Assembly (NCBI RefSeq): GCF_009914755.1
Contig: NC_060925.1
Reading direction: 5' to 3' (one strand)
Length of the DNA stretch: 64,000 nucleotides
Source of the DNA: the human T2T-CHM13v2.0 reference genome, Homo sapiens
Below are positions 1 through 14,728 of this stretch, one piece after another (the stretch's first letter is position 1; the number at the start of each line of letters is the position of its first letter). The notes under the pieces are model-generated. The model ran no database searches, was not told the origin of the DNA, and was given only the letters and a program-made list of their open reading frames with translations. The translations under genes were made by a program, and so were the position numbers.

Positions 1-1496
1 AGTTTTGTGTATGGCGTCAGGTAGTGGGAGGAGGTCTAGTTGTTCCAGTGTGATTTATTTTTAAAAATCCATTGTTTTCCTACTGATACGCATTGCTATC
101 TTTGTTATGTATCAGTTTTCCGTGGCTTTTTCCAGTGGGGTAATCACTGTCCCCTGTTCACTTTTGAGAACAATTGATGATTAACTTTATGTACTTGTTC
201 TCTCCTCCGTTTATTTTTTCTATGTGGTTATTTTACAGATGTAGTATCATGAAAACACTACAGTGTAATCAGTATTATCTCTTAACTTCCTTGATTTAAC
301 TCTAGTCAGACTACCCATTCATGCCTTGTAAGTCCCCTTGGATGCTGTGTCCCCATCGGTGGCCTCGTCCCAAGTCATGCAAATCAGAGCTGCGTGTTTG
401 GTAACTGTTATGAATAGTTGACTCTCAGGCTTTGATACCTGGGGAGAAGAAGGAGAAAATTCAAGTCACTAAGCAAATAATTTGGGCAGTGAACTAAAGG
501 AGTAGTACCTGCAGAAGTTGCATACTAAGCTGGAAGCAAGAGGTTCTCCATCCTTTCTTTAGCTATTTTTTGTGTGATCCTGTTCTCAGTTTTCTTATTT
601 GTTGGGCTACATGAGCTACACTATCTCTTTCACTTCTAAAATTCAAATGAGACTCTGTCACCATCTTTCTGTGTGACTATATGTATCTAAATATCTTTTT
701 GGTTTTCCTTTCCATAGCTCCAGTTTCTCTTACAGAGACTATTTAGAGTGAGTACTAAGTAAATATTTGATTTCTTCCTGCTTTGGGTAGAACAGCGCTG
801 ATGTATCTAAGGAGGAAATGGAAAAGAGGACTCTTAGTTGATGAGAGTTGATGAGAAGTTTATGAGAAAGGGCGAAGAGCCACCCAGTCTGCCCCTGGGG
901 TCACTTTGAAGCTTAAAACAATACGTCTTCTTTGAACCTGTTTCCTCCACTAGCAAATGAGGATATCAATAGCTACCTCACTTTATAAACTTGTTGGGAA
1001 GATCACATCAGATATTATACCTGTAAATAATAAAGTATCTTTTAAATGGAAACAACTGTATAGGCATTCACTAGGCATCCACTCTGCCACATCTTATTTG
1101 CATAGCTTCTTAAGGTTTCAAAGACCTTTCACACACATCTCACTTGACTCTTACAACCTACCTACTAAGGAGGCAAAAATGACAAGGAATAGTTGTGTTT
1201 GTCCAGGGGCACACAATCAGAATTTTAGAACAGATATTACCAGCTGTCTCGTTTACCTTTCCTAATCCTCATTGTACAAATTAAAAAGCTCAGGTTCAGA
1301 GAAGTTAGAAGACTTGGCCAGGATCACACACAAGTACACTATCAGGGAACATGCCTTCTTGCATCTACTCCAGTATTCCTCCCATGATACCATGTTGTCT
1401 CTAAAGAAGTTCTGGACTGTGAAATGCTTGAGGACTGGGATCATAAATCCAGCCTTGGTAATTTTGTTTCCAGATTGTAATTTTCCAGGCACCTAG

Positions 1497-1828
<332 letters not shown>

Positions 1829-1959
1829 TGTCCTTGCATTTCTTGGTGGTTTACAGGATTATGACTTCTCCTTCTGTCTTTTCACTCACCCAATGTAATA
1901 CACAAGGATCAATCATGCAAGTTATTATCAACTTAGTAAAAAGTGAGTAAATTTGCTGA

Positions 1960-2262
<303 letters not shown>

Positions 2263-2944
2263 TAAGATATTATATACCAAAATGTAAATAATCTTAGTTT
2301 TAGTGATTTTGGTCTACTTTACTGATAGGGCCTCTTGACACGGTTGATATCAAAGTGCTGCCTTGAACGGTTTTATGCGGTCCCTTGGACTTTCCCATTG
2401 ATGTCTCCTAACTTTTTACTCTGTTGCTCTTTGTCCTTTACCCAGAACATGCTCCATAGCCATCCACCAGTGCCAGCCCATCTTTGAATGCTGTACTCAA
2501 TTCCCTTGGCCTTTGCTTCTGCTTTAAAGCTGGCAGGCTTCTTTTACTTATATCAGCTTTCTGTTTGAACCTCAAATGCTCAAAAATAATTCCTTTTAAA
2601 CATTTCCTGCCACCTTTCTTGGATACTAATGTAGTTCTCAGAGTGTATGGGGGATTACTCATATAAAGCCTCAGTGCTTCAAAGTGAGGAATAACTGTGT
2701 AATAAATAGATCTGGCCGAGGATGAAATGAGTGTTAAACAAGACAGTCGCTGATATCACCGGACGTTGTCTAGCTAGGCTGGGTAACTACCCATCAGACG
2801 TGTTACAGAGGCATTTAAACAGGTGATGGGAGTTTAAGGTGGCCTTAAGAGCTTTCCGACACTAAAAATGTCGTGATTCTGTGTTAGCAAATTTACTAGC
2901 AGATTGACTGCTCTTCTACTTTTATGAGTCTCCTAAACTGAAAA

Positions 2945-3095
2945 TGGGCATGAGGGATCTTTTTGGGATGGTGAAATGTTCTAATATTAGACTGTGGTGA
3001 TGGTTGTCCAACTGGATACATTTACTAAATATCGTTGAACTGAATACTTCACACCAATGATTTCATGGTATGGGAATTATGCCTCAATAAATCTG
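2945..3095 (+). mobile_element. Old L1M 3'-end fragment
   Basis: gatggtgaaatgttcta...tggtgatggttg...ttatgcctcaataaa resembles L1MB-ME 3' UTR ends. Confidence 0.6.
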
Positions 3096-3329
3096 TTTTT
3101 AGAAAGTCTCTTAAGACTATAACTGCCATATTTTGAAAACAATGTATTTATTTTAAAACATACATTATATAGGTTTAAAGTGTATGCTAATAATTTATAC
3201 ACTTTTAAGAGGCTAGATATTCAAATAAGAAGTTAAATTTAATACCTGGAAAATTATCTAGAATATATTAAAATGATGCACACTTAAACATGGATGTAAA
3301 TCACTACCAAAGCTGTTGCCCTATTTTAA

Positions 3330-3580
3330 AAAATTATTTAGTTAGTTTTAAATTTACATACAGTAAAACTTATTCTTTGTGGTATATAGTTTCATGGATT
3401 TTTGCAAATGCATATAGTCCTGTGACCACCCTCACAATCAAGATGCAGAACAGTTTCATCACCCTCAAAAATTCCCTTGTGCTACCAATTTGTAGTCATC
3501 CTCTCTCCCCACCTGCAACTCTGGCAACCACTGATGACTTCTCCGTCATTATAGTTTTGCCTTTTCAATGACATTATACA
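3330..3580 (-). mobile_element. Old L1M 3'-end fragment
   Basis: tttacatacagtaaa...accaccctcacaatcaagatgcagaacagtttcatcacc...ggcaaccactgat...gttttgcctttt. Confidence 0.65.
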
Positions 3581-4548
3581 ATATATACAGTTTGAAGAGA
3601 GATTTTCAAACTTAAAATTTATTCATTTTAATAGTTGAATTATGAAAATAATGGTTATTTTGGGGTTGGAGGGATTTCCCTGCTGGTAACTAGTCAGATG
3701 AAGAAGAGTGAGGTAGACGGAGGCAGTATAAGACTAGCCTGAATTCAGTCACACTTGTAGAATCACAGGTGGTTAGACTTGGAAGGGTTTTTGGAGTCAT
3801 TTAGCTAACATCCCAATATGAAGAAACTGAGGTCCAGAGGGAAGAATGAGTCTCAAACTTGCGCAACTGTGTGGAGCTGGCCTAGCCCTCAATTTCCCAA
3901 TAGTCAACTTCAGTATGCTTTCAACTACTATACGCCCTGATTCGTACTATCAGTTTTGCCTGACTCTGAGTTCTAGCACAAATTCTTCCCCTTTGAAATT
4001 CCTCTGCCACATCCCTGATTGCTGATGATCAAAACAATACTTGATATTTATCACTAGCACTGGAAAAAAGGACAATTTCTGAACTATCATCTCATTAAGT
4101 TATGATTCCTGACTCTTTGCATCATGAAACCATAACTCATTCACGACTCTTAACTCATCATTACTGGATGGGTGTTCATTCTGTTATAGGCAAAATGCCC
4201 AAGAGAAAATATACAATCCAGAATTAAGTCATTTTGAAAGGCAAGAACTGGAAAGACCATTAGAAATAACTTGAGGTGGTTTTTAGGCATCCTTAGGCAT
4301 CTCCAAAGTTCCCACTGGGAGCACCTCAGGAGAGGGGTAAGGAAAAGGCTCAGTGGTAGCTGTGCCACCTCCTCTGATAAAACCATTTGTGATCACTTTC
4401 ATTCTTCCTGAAAGGCTTCCTGTAACATTTCTTACAGCGCTGATATGCTTGTGGTGAATTCTTTCAGCTTCTGTATGTCTACAAAAGTCTTTATTTTACC
4501 TTTTTTTTTAAGGTTATTTTCACTGAGTATAGGATTTTATGTTGACAG

Positions 4549-4570
4549 GTGTGTGTGTGTGTGTGTGTGT
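4549..4570. repeat. (GT)11 microsatellite
   Basis: Seen directly. Confidence 0.95.
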
Positions 4571-4629
4571 TTCCCTCCTTGCTTTTAAGATGTTGCTCCA
4601 GTGTCTTCTGGCTTGCATTGAGAAGTCTC

Positions 4630-4932
<303 letters not shown>

Positions 4933-5244
4933 AAGAAGTCTGCTTTCATTTTTACCTTTCTTCCTTTGTACATATTGTGTCTTTTTTCTCTGTCTGCTTT
5001 TAAATTTTTGTTTTTATTAATGGTTTTAAGTAATTTGATTATGATGTTCCTTGGCATACTTCTCTTAAATTTCTTATGATTGGGATTTAGTGAGCTTCTT
5101 GGTTATAAGAATTTATAGTTTCACCAAATTTGGAATATTCGGTGACTATTTCAATTTTTTCCTCCCTTCCTTCTACTTAAAAAATTAAAAGATATTTTAA
5201 ATTGAAGCAGCCATGAAAGTACATGTCAGGCCTTTTATTTTGGG

Positions 5245-5968
5245 CAGTTGATTGGTGACTCCAGCAGCTGTTCTCTGACTCTACCTTGTATTTCCACTGA
5301 AGCCAGACTTTTAATGGGCTGCTCCTAACCAATGATTAAATGTGGTACAAATGTGAATGCAGACCTTTTTCTGCAAGATGCAGACTCTTCTGATGGGTGA
5401 CTTTGACTTGAGGACTCCCCATCAGCCTGGCTGACACTTTTATTTTTTTGAGTCAGAGTCTCACTCTGTCACCCATGCTGGAGTGCAGTGGCATGATCAG
5501 GACTCACTGCAACCTTGACGTTCCAGGCTGAAGCGATCCTCCCACCTCAGCACTGCCAGCCCCCACTCACCCTGCTGCACCGCCCCTTGAGTAGCTGGCA
5601 CTATAGGCATGTGCCACCATGCCCTGCTATTTTTTTTGAATTTTAGTAGAGATGAGGTCTCACTGTGTAACCCAGGCTGGTCTGGAACTCCTGAGCTCAA
5701 GTGATCCTTCTGTCTTGGCCTCCCAAAGTGCTGTGATTACTTACAGGCGTGAGCCACTGCACCTGGCCTGAAACTATCTTAGAACAGTGCAGAAGTCTGA
5801 GACTATTCTTACTTAATCCTTCTTCCTTTCCTCTCTTTTTCCCAGGGTTCGCATCTACATGGTCTAAGGAGTTTCCCTATCATCTCCATCTCTATCTTCT
5901 TTTTCCTTCACAGCCATCTCCCCCAATAAATCTTTGGCATCTGCTTCCTGGAGGATCTGAGCTAACAC
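5245..5968 (+). mobile_element. Old ERVL LTR (LTR16-like) interrupted by an Alu
   Basis: gactccagcagctg...ccaatga...ggactccccatcagcctggc...cccaataaatct...ctgcttcctggaggatctgagctaaca. Family assigned from memory. Confidence 0.55.
5438..5768 (-). mobile_element. Alu (AluJ-type) with an internal insertion of about 33 bp
   Basis: Diverged Alu consensus with extra C-rich sequence at about 5552-5584. Confidence 0.92.
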
Positions 5969-6030
5969 GTTTATTATTACCATTATTTTATTTTTATTTC
6001 CCATCAGTATAAGATTTCACTTAAATAAAA

Positions 6031-6355
<325 letters not shown>

Positions 6356-7089
6356 CTAAAAGTGTTTGAGAACTGGTGATCTATTTTTTACCATGTTATA
6401 GTTGAGGGACTGAAGCTTGGAGATCTCTTTTGGATACTAAGTTTCCAAACTGAAATCAACCTAAATTATGACAATAGTCAAGTCATAAAGGCTTGTTCTT
6501 TTTTTCTGGGGTCTTGAGGCCCTGGACCAAAATTCGGCACCAATGTCCTAATCATGACATTACTACTAACTTCTTTATAGTACATGACAAGCTACTTACC
6601 TTCTCTAATCTTATTAAAGGGCTTGGGTTAGCTTATCTATACAGACTTTTTAACTCTAAAATGTAACTTTATAGGTGAGAAAACTTAAATAATTTACCTG
6701 ACCAACTATCCAAAAACTTGTTAGAGAAAGACTGTATGGATTGGATTTTTTTCTCTAATAGCCAATACAATGCTCAAGACTTTTTCTTGTATTGAACTGT
6801 CTTTGGGAAAATATCCTGATAAACCACTCATGGCAAAAGATGTGGCCATGGACTTCAGGAACCAATAGAGTTTTTAAAAAATGGCTGAATTGTTCTGCAT
6901 AAGCAGAGGAAGGAAGGAATTTGGTTTTGATCCTAGGAGGAAACAGGAAAGGGAAGGAGGAAGGAGCAAAGCCTTAAGAGGGTATAAAACCAGAGAGGTA
7001 CATGGAGTGAAAATCCCTGGGGATAGAATGGAAAAAGGGGCTTTTAAGGTTAGAGATACCCAACGTTTAATTGGAAACTTTTTGCTGTA

Positions 7090-7610
7090 TTATTGAGGTT
7101 TCTGGTGTTTGAAAGTAGCATAAACCCAGTTCCAAGAAGCTTATACAAAAAAGGGATCTTAGTGGCTCACAACATTTGGAAAGATTCCAGGATTGTTTGC
7201 TGCATCCAAGGAAGAATTATAGAAACTAAAGCGGCAGACACCGTACAGAAACTTGAATTAACGCTGCCAAATCTCTTTCTCTCCCTCACTCCATCCTTTC
7301 CTTTCCTATCTTTCTCATCTCTGCTTAACTCTGTTTCCCTTTCCATGTTGACCTCACATTTTCCTATGACAGAAAGGACTTTGCCATGTGAAAGAGACAG
7401 AAAGGAGACATGGTTGCAGCCAGACTCAGCTCAGCAACCATAGAGAGCTTTTTTCTCTAAGTATCCATATAACAATTCCAAGGATGTGTTATAATTGTCC
7501 CGGCTTGGATTACATGTCCATCCCTTGTCAATGCCAGGGAAATAGAGCACCATGATTATCCCACACAGGTCATGTACCTCTGTTTTTGCCTGGGGCTAAG
7601 GGTCTTTAAT
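7090..7610. mobile_element. Ancient LTR fragment (LTR33/MLT1-like)
   Basis: gaaagtagcataaaccca...agcttatacaaaaaaggga and ggcttggattacatgtccatccct motifs. Weak match. Confidence 0.4.
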
Positions 7611-8749
7611 GAGAAGAAAGGAGGTGGAAATTCTTGATGGGAAGATAAAATGATAGTTGCCACTTTGTGTTGCTTCAGTGTAAACCAATGCCTCTTTCAA
7701 AAACATTCAGTATAACCAGAATGTTCCATCCATGCAGCAGCCTTGTGTACATCGGGCTGTTTAGGTGAAAATTATGGCAAGGATGCTGGGCCTTGCCTAG
7801 GTTTAAGGTGGTAACAAATAAGGAAACACCCACAAGGGGTCAAATGACCTGTAATCTGAACTAATTCAACTGAATCAGGAATTTGGAGCCAGAGGTGACC
7901 ATGGGAGCCATGTCAGGAAAGGATGTGGAATAGAGGCTTAAGTGCAGCTTATATGCCTTTGTGACCAGGAATGGAGCAGATGTACAATTGCTGGCTAGTT
8001 TTCCCATGGGGTATATTTTAGGTTCTTCAAAGATTCCTTTGCTGGGAACTTTTAACTGTAATTCCTGTGAGGTAGGTGGTGCTTCTTATGTGACTGGCTG
8101 GTTTTCACTTCAACTTCCGGGACTGAGCTTCCCAGAGTTGGTTATGGTTATCACTCTATAATGAGCTTTCAAACAGACTCCTGGCCAACTCTGACTTGGA
8201 AAGTCTATGTGTGGTCTTGGGAAACACTTCTGCATTGTTTTCCTACCATCTGTAGATGGTCAGTCCTCATTCTTTCTCTGCTGTGTGGCCTCAGGCACAT
8301 CTATCAACAGCCTGTCTTCACATTCCTTATATATGCCAAACTCCAGAGGACAAATGTCACTCTGAGTGATCTTCCACTTATGGTCCTGTTGAAGCTCATT
8401 CAGCTGGCTTGAAGTGAAGGGAAAGTCTCCCTTCCCCATGGAAGGGCGCCCCCCCTTCCCCATAGTAGCACAGCATTCCAATGACTCTTTATGGAGAAAT
8501 CCTCTCCCCTCCTTCTCTTCAACTTCGACTCCTGATATGGGTGATGTGCCAAGAGCCACAAAGCCAGCTTTTGGTCATCTCCTTTGTCAATCCCTGAAAA
8601 AGTGGGCAAGCTTTGTAATGTGGGGAGAGCTTAGCATCTATTGTTTTGTTTTGTTTTGAAAGCAACCACACCAAGGCTAACTGATTTTTGGAGCCTGGGC
8701 TCAAACTAAACAAGAAAGAATCTCATTTTAAATCCTTTTACACATGCAT

Positions 8750-8905
8750 TATCTCACGTAATCGTTTAGGTATATTGGTCCCATTTTACACATGGGAAAA
8801 CAGGCTTAGAGAGGTCAAGTGATTTGTTCAAGGTCTCATGGTAAGTGGCAGAAAAATCTAAACCCAGATTTTTTCTGACTCCAAAGTTAGTGCTCGTTCC
8901 ACTTT
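8750..8905. mobile_element. MIR
   Basis: cccattttacacatgggaaaacaggcttagagaggtcaagtgatttgttcaaggtc core. Confidence 0.8.
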
Positions 8906-10017
8906 GAAACTGTTAATTGATTACCAGAGTCCTGAGTCTTTTGGTTAATGCTCTGAGTTGGCATGGGGAGTCTTGTTCAAGCACTGGTACCTCTGACTCA
9001 CGACTGTGTTCTTAGTCCATTCACCTCTGCACCTAAATTTTCCTTTATGTAAGTGTGTCACATAAGAATAATAATAATACTTTTTTTCCCTGCTTCCCAA
9101 CAGAACTGTGTTGATAATGAGGTTTGAAGGTGGGTGGGTAGGAAAAATTTGTTAGAACTAAAAATGTTTAAACACCCACTACTATATGCCAGGCAGGCTC
9201 TGTGATAGGCTTTTTACAGACACTATTTAATTTAATCAAAGTTGACTAAAAAATATTTAGCAACTGGTCCAGCGCAGTTGCTGGCCAATCACAATGATGC
9301 TGGCTACTGACTGTCAAACTGTGCCAGGGAGACTGCTGGAAGAGGGGGTGCAAAGCACACAGGGCCAGCCAGCCAGCCAGCAAGGAGTGGCCAGCGTTAC
9401 TCTCAGAGCGCCCCACGACAAAGTTCCTGCTCTTTTTAGTTATTTGAACACTTCAGAAGAAAGCAGCCACACCAAGGATAGCTATTATTATTCTCAGAGG
9501 TAGTTACTCAGAAGTTATTTGGATAAGGGTAAACAAGGCTAAGAAGTTTCATTTTTAGGGTTCCGCTTTCAAAGGAACACCGTTTTGCTCCTTTCTCTTA
9601 TTTGTCTCTTTCTCATGCTGCTGGTGGACCAATGTCAAAATCTTGTGCTCAAAACCTTACTTCCTGTCCTTGTAGTAGCAATTCCCAATGGAGAAACATT
9701 TAAAGCACTGAAAGCAACACTCAAAAGAAGGAAAGAAAGGATAGAAAGGGAGGCGTGGGGGAAGATCATGAGGAAGGAAGGAAAAAAGAAGGAAAGAGAA
9801 ATAAAATCAAAGAAGGAAGAAACAGTTCAGACCAGTTTGCAGATTTAGAAGTCATTTCTGGCTCCCTAACAGTTTTCATCCTCAGAGTGCTTTCAGGCCA
9901 CCAACATGTTCACGCAATACTGGGCCGTGATCATCATGACCCAGGAGGGGAGGTAAGAGTGAAAGGTGGAGTCGACATTTACTGTGGAAAAACCAAGGAC
10001 AAACAGGAAGAATTAAA

Positions 10018-10032
10018 ACAGGAAATGACTCA
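10018..10032 (+). promoter_or_regulatory. Candidate ETS:AP-1 composite element ACAGGAAATGACTCA
   Basis: Motif match only, with neighbouring ETS cores at 10003-10010 and 9659-9667. Confidence 0.4.
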
Positions 10033-10554
10033 TGAACAATGGAAGGGGTGCTCCCCTCACTTTTATTATCCCCCTCAGAGAGAAAGAGTTTCCACTAGCT
10101 TTGTTTTTGGGAGTTTTTCTTCAACAACAACTCTAACTCTAACCCTCCTAACCCCCTTCTTTGAGGGAGACTCAGTTTTTCCAAAGTTGCAACACACTTC
10201 TCTACCCTCTTCTTTCACCCCAGCTTCTCATGAGGCATCTTAACACTGAATATTGTGTTCAATATATGCTTTTGAAGAAAACAGAGGAAAACGCAAAGAT
10301 TAGTAAATGGATTATTTGAAAAAAACCATGGCAGCTGTTTCAAATTTTAGGGATGTTGGTAAAACTCATCTGAGAAGTAGAAGGCTATTGGGTTTAGACA
10401 AACTCCTTAACGGGCCACTTTGTTCAGATCTAGGCCCCATAGCATGTTCTGAAAAGAGATATACTGTGAGTAAAAATAGTTTAAATTGGTCTGTGTACTG
10501 GAGTCTGGAGTGACAGGTGTGTTTCAGTTTTTTCCTGGAAGAGTGGGGGAGTTT

Positions 10555-10925
10555 TGTGCTGGTAAACGTTTAACAATCACCTCTCCAATAACAACAACAA
10601 CCAAACAATACAAAGTACTCTAAAACTCTGATTTGTAGCACTTGTCCATTTCTGTGGTAGCATTTCCATCAAGTCACTGAGTTAGGAAAAGATGTGCACC
10701 ATTATATAGTGTTTCCTCTATGTGTGTGCAGTAGATGTAAATCCTCTCAAGAGCATAGAATAGTAAAGGATAGTAAAATAATTAAGAAGTGATGCATTTG
10801 AGTACTTACTACCCTTTTAAAAATATATAATTTATTTAAATATCAGCATTTAGTTACTGACGGGATGCTTAACAGCTAACTTGCAGAAATCCTGAAATTT
10901 TAGCTATTGACTCATGTGACTAGAT
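10555..10925. mobile_element. hAT DNA-transposon relic (Arthur1/MER69-like)
   Basis: Terminal motif gtgctggtaaacgtttaacaa. Family assigned from memory. Confidence 0.45.
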
Positions 10926-11069
10926 TTGGGGGTCTGGAACCTGGAGAAAAGGAGAGTGAGACCCAGTAGGCTCCCGGGAAGGGTACATGCTGGGGCCTAA
11001 GGAAAATAGTACCCAAAGAGAAAGTTCCTGTGCAGGGATGACCAAAGGAATTTGAGGACAGTGATTTAA

Positions 11070-11400
<331 letters not shown>

Positions 11401-12959
11401 TAATCTGTTTCCTAGTCTGTCCTCTGCTGTAGTCTCCTGCCCTTATCCTCAAATCGTCAGGCTTGTGTTGGTGTTCTTTTGATGGCTGGGTCCATGCTTC
11501 TGATGAAGCAGCATGGAGAGAAACATGGTTCTAGAAAGTGAGGTGATAACAGGGACTGGAAATTATATGGGAGCAGCAACATGGATGAGAGGCTACCAGC
11601 AGAATATAAGCACTGCTCCCTTCCCACCCATCCAGCAATCCTCACAGATGGAGGTCTCCAACTGGGTGTGGGAAGGTGCGGGAGGTATTTTATTTAAATG
11701 TTGAAGGAAAGGGTGACCTCAGAAGGCTAGAAGACCTAGAAACATTTTGTTTAAATATTTAATATTAAAAATGGTTTAAATGACTAAGAGTGACCCAAAG
11801 AGATAAGGTTTGATTATTTCATTTGGATATTGGACAAATGAAGAGTGGTTCTAGTCACTTTTCCATCCCCATTCCTCCCTTGGCAACAGGGCTGGTATGG
11901 CAATATGTACAAAAACTGAGCCCAAAAGTTGTGCCTGTAAAATTATTACAGAAATTGCCCCGGACTTCCAGAAATTGTAGACATTCAGATTCCCTGGCCA
12001 GGAGAAACAGTAAGTAAATAAGAGCGTATCTGCTAAGGTGGCCACCACCATTCCTTTGTCCTAAAGCTCTGTAGGAGAAGTCCTTGGGTGGTCTTTCAGA
12101 GCCTACCAACTCTTATTCATATAGAATCCAGGTTATTGTATTCTCACACCACAGAAAAAAGGAAACAGCAGGTTACAAAGTACTGGCATTATAAGAGACA
12201 GACTCTATGACAAAAGAAGTAACTACTGTTGTCCTGATAGGGAAAACCTAATAAGATACAAACACAATTCATCAAGAAATGGTGAAATAAGTTATTGTCA
12301 TCTATTTAAGAAGGGAGATGTTAATAAAACAGTCTAGGCAGATTTTCATAAAAACTGTTTACAACAAAAAGATGTTACTTGGAGAAGTAAACTTTAGCTA
12401 TCTTAAAAAATGCATTAATGTAAATCATTTTGTTCCTTAAGGATGCTGGATACATGCAGATTTGCTATCTAATTTTTACATTTGAGTTTTAGAAAGCCAT
12501 CTGCAACCACTTTCCTAAATTATCAGAGTTGTCAGAATATTAACCGGAAGCTTAAATTATACCTCTGGCTACACTTTTCCACTTACTGTTCTGTTTTCAT
12601 CTCATTCTCAACTTATTTATAACCAAACTTGTAAAGTCACCCAAACTAACCTCCTATCCACACTACCAAGTTTCCATTTTTGCACCACAATCACCAAGCC
12701 TGAAGCTTTGGATTCATCTTTGAACAACCTTCTTATTTCCTGTGTGCAATCAGTTTCAGCGTTTTGTCAATGCTTCTTTGGTTGCTCTTTTCCTCCATTT
12801 TTATTCCCCTGATTAACTTCATATTACCTTATACCCAAGTTATTCCATAGATCTCTAATTGTAATGGTCTCCAGCTTCCTGGGCTCTTTCTCCAGACTAT
12901 CTTATTAACACACATCCATTACATTGGCTTTGGAAATCCAATTCTTTCTATGGTGTGCT

Positions 12960-13130
12960 GACTGAAAGAGTGAAATTTGCTTTTAGACCTGGATTTTGTT
13001 CCAGCGCTACTTCTTTCTCTTGTGGAAACTTGGGCAAGTCATTTAGCTTCTAAGCCTCCATTTCTTCAGCTGTAAAATGGAAATAATAATAGTGCGTAAA
13101 CCGCAGAGCTGTTGTGAGGATAAAATGAGG
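12960..13130. mobile_element. MIR
   Basis: ttgggcaagtcatttagcttctaagcctccatttcttcagctgtaaaatggaaataataatag core. Confidence 0.8.
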
Positions 13131-13914
13131 TGTTTTTTTTGTATATGATATGATTCATATTCTTCTTACATTCTTCTATATTTCCCAAATTCCTTTTCAT
13201 GATGATGAATTACTTTAAAAATATAAATAAAAATATTTATGGGGTACATTGTGATGTGTAATGATGAGATCATGATAATTAGAATATCCATCGTCTTAAA
13301 AATTTGTAATTTCTTTGTTTTGGGAACATTCAATATTCTTCTTCTAGCTATTTGAAACTATATAATATATAGTTGTTAATTGTAATCATCCTACAGTGGT
13401 ACAGAACACTAGAATTTAGTCTAGCTGTAATTATGTATTCTTTAACAAATCTCTCCTTACTCTCCCCTTGCCTTACCCTTTCTAGTCTCTAATATCCTCT
13501 GCTCTACTTTTTACTTCTTTCAGATCAACGTTTTTCAGCTTCCTCATTTGAATGAGAACATGTAATGTTTAACTTTCTGTTCCTGGCTTATTTCTCTTAA
13601 AATAATGATCTCCAGTTCTATCTATGTTGCCATGAATGACAGGATTTTATTCTTTTTTTATGACTGAATATTATTCCATTGTGTGTATATACCACATTTT
13701 CTCTATCCACTTATCTTTTATTGAATACCTAGTTTGATTCCATATCTTGGCTATTGTGAATAGTTTGATTCCATATCTTGGCTCTTGTGAATAGTACTGC
13801 AATAAATGTGGGACACAGATGTCTCTTTGATCTACTGATTTCCTTTCTTTTACATAAATGCCTCATAGTAGGATTGCAGGATCATAAGGCAGTTCTATTT
13901 GTAGCTTTTATTTG

Positions 13915-14215
13915 TCTTTTTTTTTATTTTTTAGGGATGGTATCTCACTCTGTCACCCAAGCTAGAGTGCAGTGATGTGATCATAGCTCACTACAGCCTC
14001 GAACTCCTGGGCTCAAGCAATCCTTCCATCTCAGCTTCCCAAGTAGCTAGGGCTACAGTGCACCACCACACCCAGCTAATTTTTGAAAGCTTTTTGTAGA
14101 GAGGCGGTCTTGCTATGTTGCCCAGGCTGGTCTTAAACTCCTGTCCTCAAGCAATCCTCCTGCCTTGGCCTTCCAAAGTGCTAGGATTTCAGGCATGAGT
14201 CATTGTGCCTGGGCT
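13915..14215 (-). mobile_element. Alu (AluJ-type) nested in L1
   Basis: Diverged Alu consensus. Confidence 0.92.
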
Positions 14216-14449
14216 TATTCTATCTGTATTTTCTTTAGGAACCTCCCTGCTGTTCTCCACAGTGGTTGTACTAATTTACATTCCCACCAACAGTATATGA
14301 GAGTTCCTTTTTCTCTGCATCCTCTCCAACATTTATTTTTTGTCTTTTTGATAATAGCCATGCTAAGTGGAGTGAGATGATACCTCACTGTGGTTTTGAT
14401 TTGCATTTCCCTGATGGTTAGTGATGGTGAGCATTTAAACACGTATTTC

Positions 14450-14728
14450 AGCCAGACACGGTGGCTCATGCCTGTAATCCTGGCACTCTGGGAGGCCGAA
14501 GCTGGCGGATAACGAAGTCGGGAGATGGAGACCATCCTGGCCAACATGGTGAAACCCTGGACCTGCTAAAAATACAAAAATTAGCCTGGTATGGTGGTGC
14601 ACACTTGTAGTCCCAGCTACCCGGGAGGCGAAGGTTGCAGTTAGCTGAGATCGCGCCATTGCACTCCAGCCTGGTGATAGGGTGAGACTCTGTCTCAAAA
14701 CAAAACAAAAACAAAAACAAAAACAAAA
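14450..14728 (+). mobile_element. Alu (AluS-type) with a right-arm internal deletion and a (CAAAA)n tail
   Basis: Alu consensus; gctacccgggaggcgaagg skips the segment between two gggagg motifs. Confidence 0.92.

Noticed and set aside
9585-10243. 87-aa signal-peptide-like ORF and overlapping 162-aa ORF
   Set aside because: Both have non-ATG starts, low-complexity purine-rich composition, no recognisable domain and no supporting exon structure.
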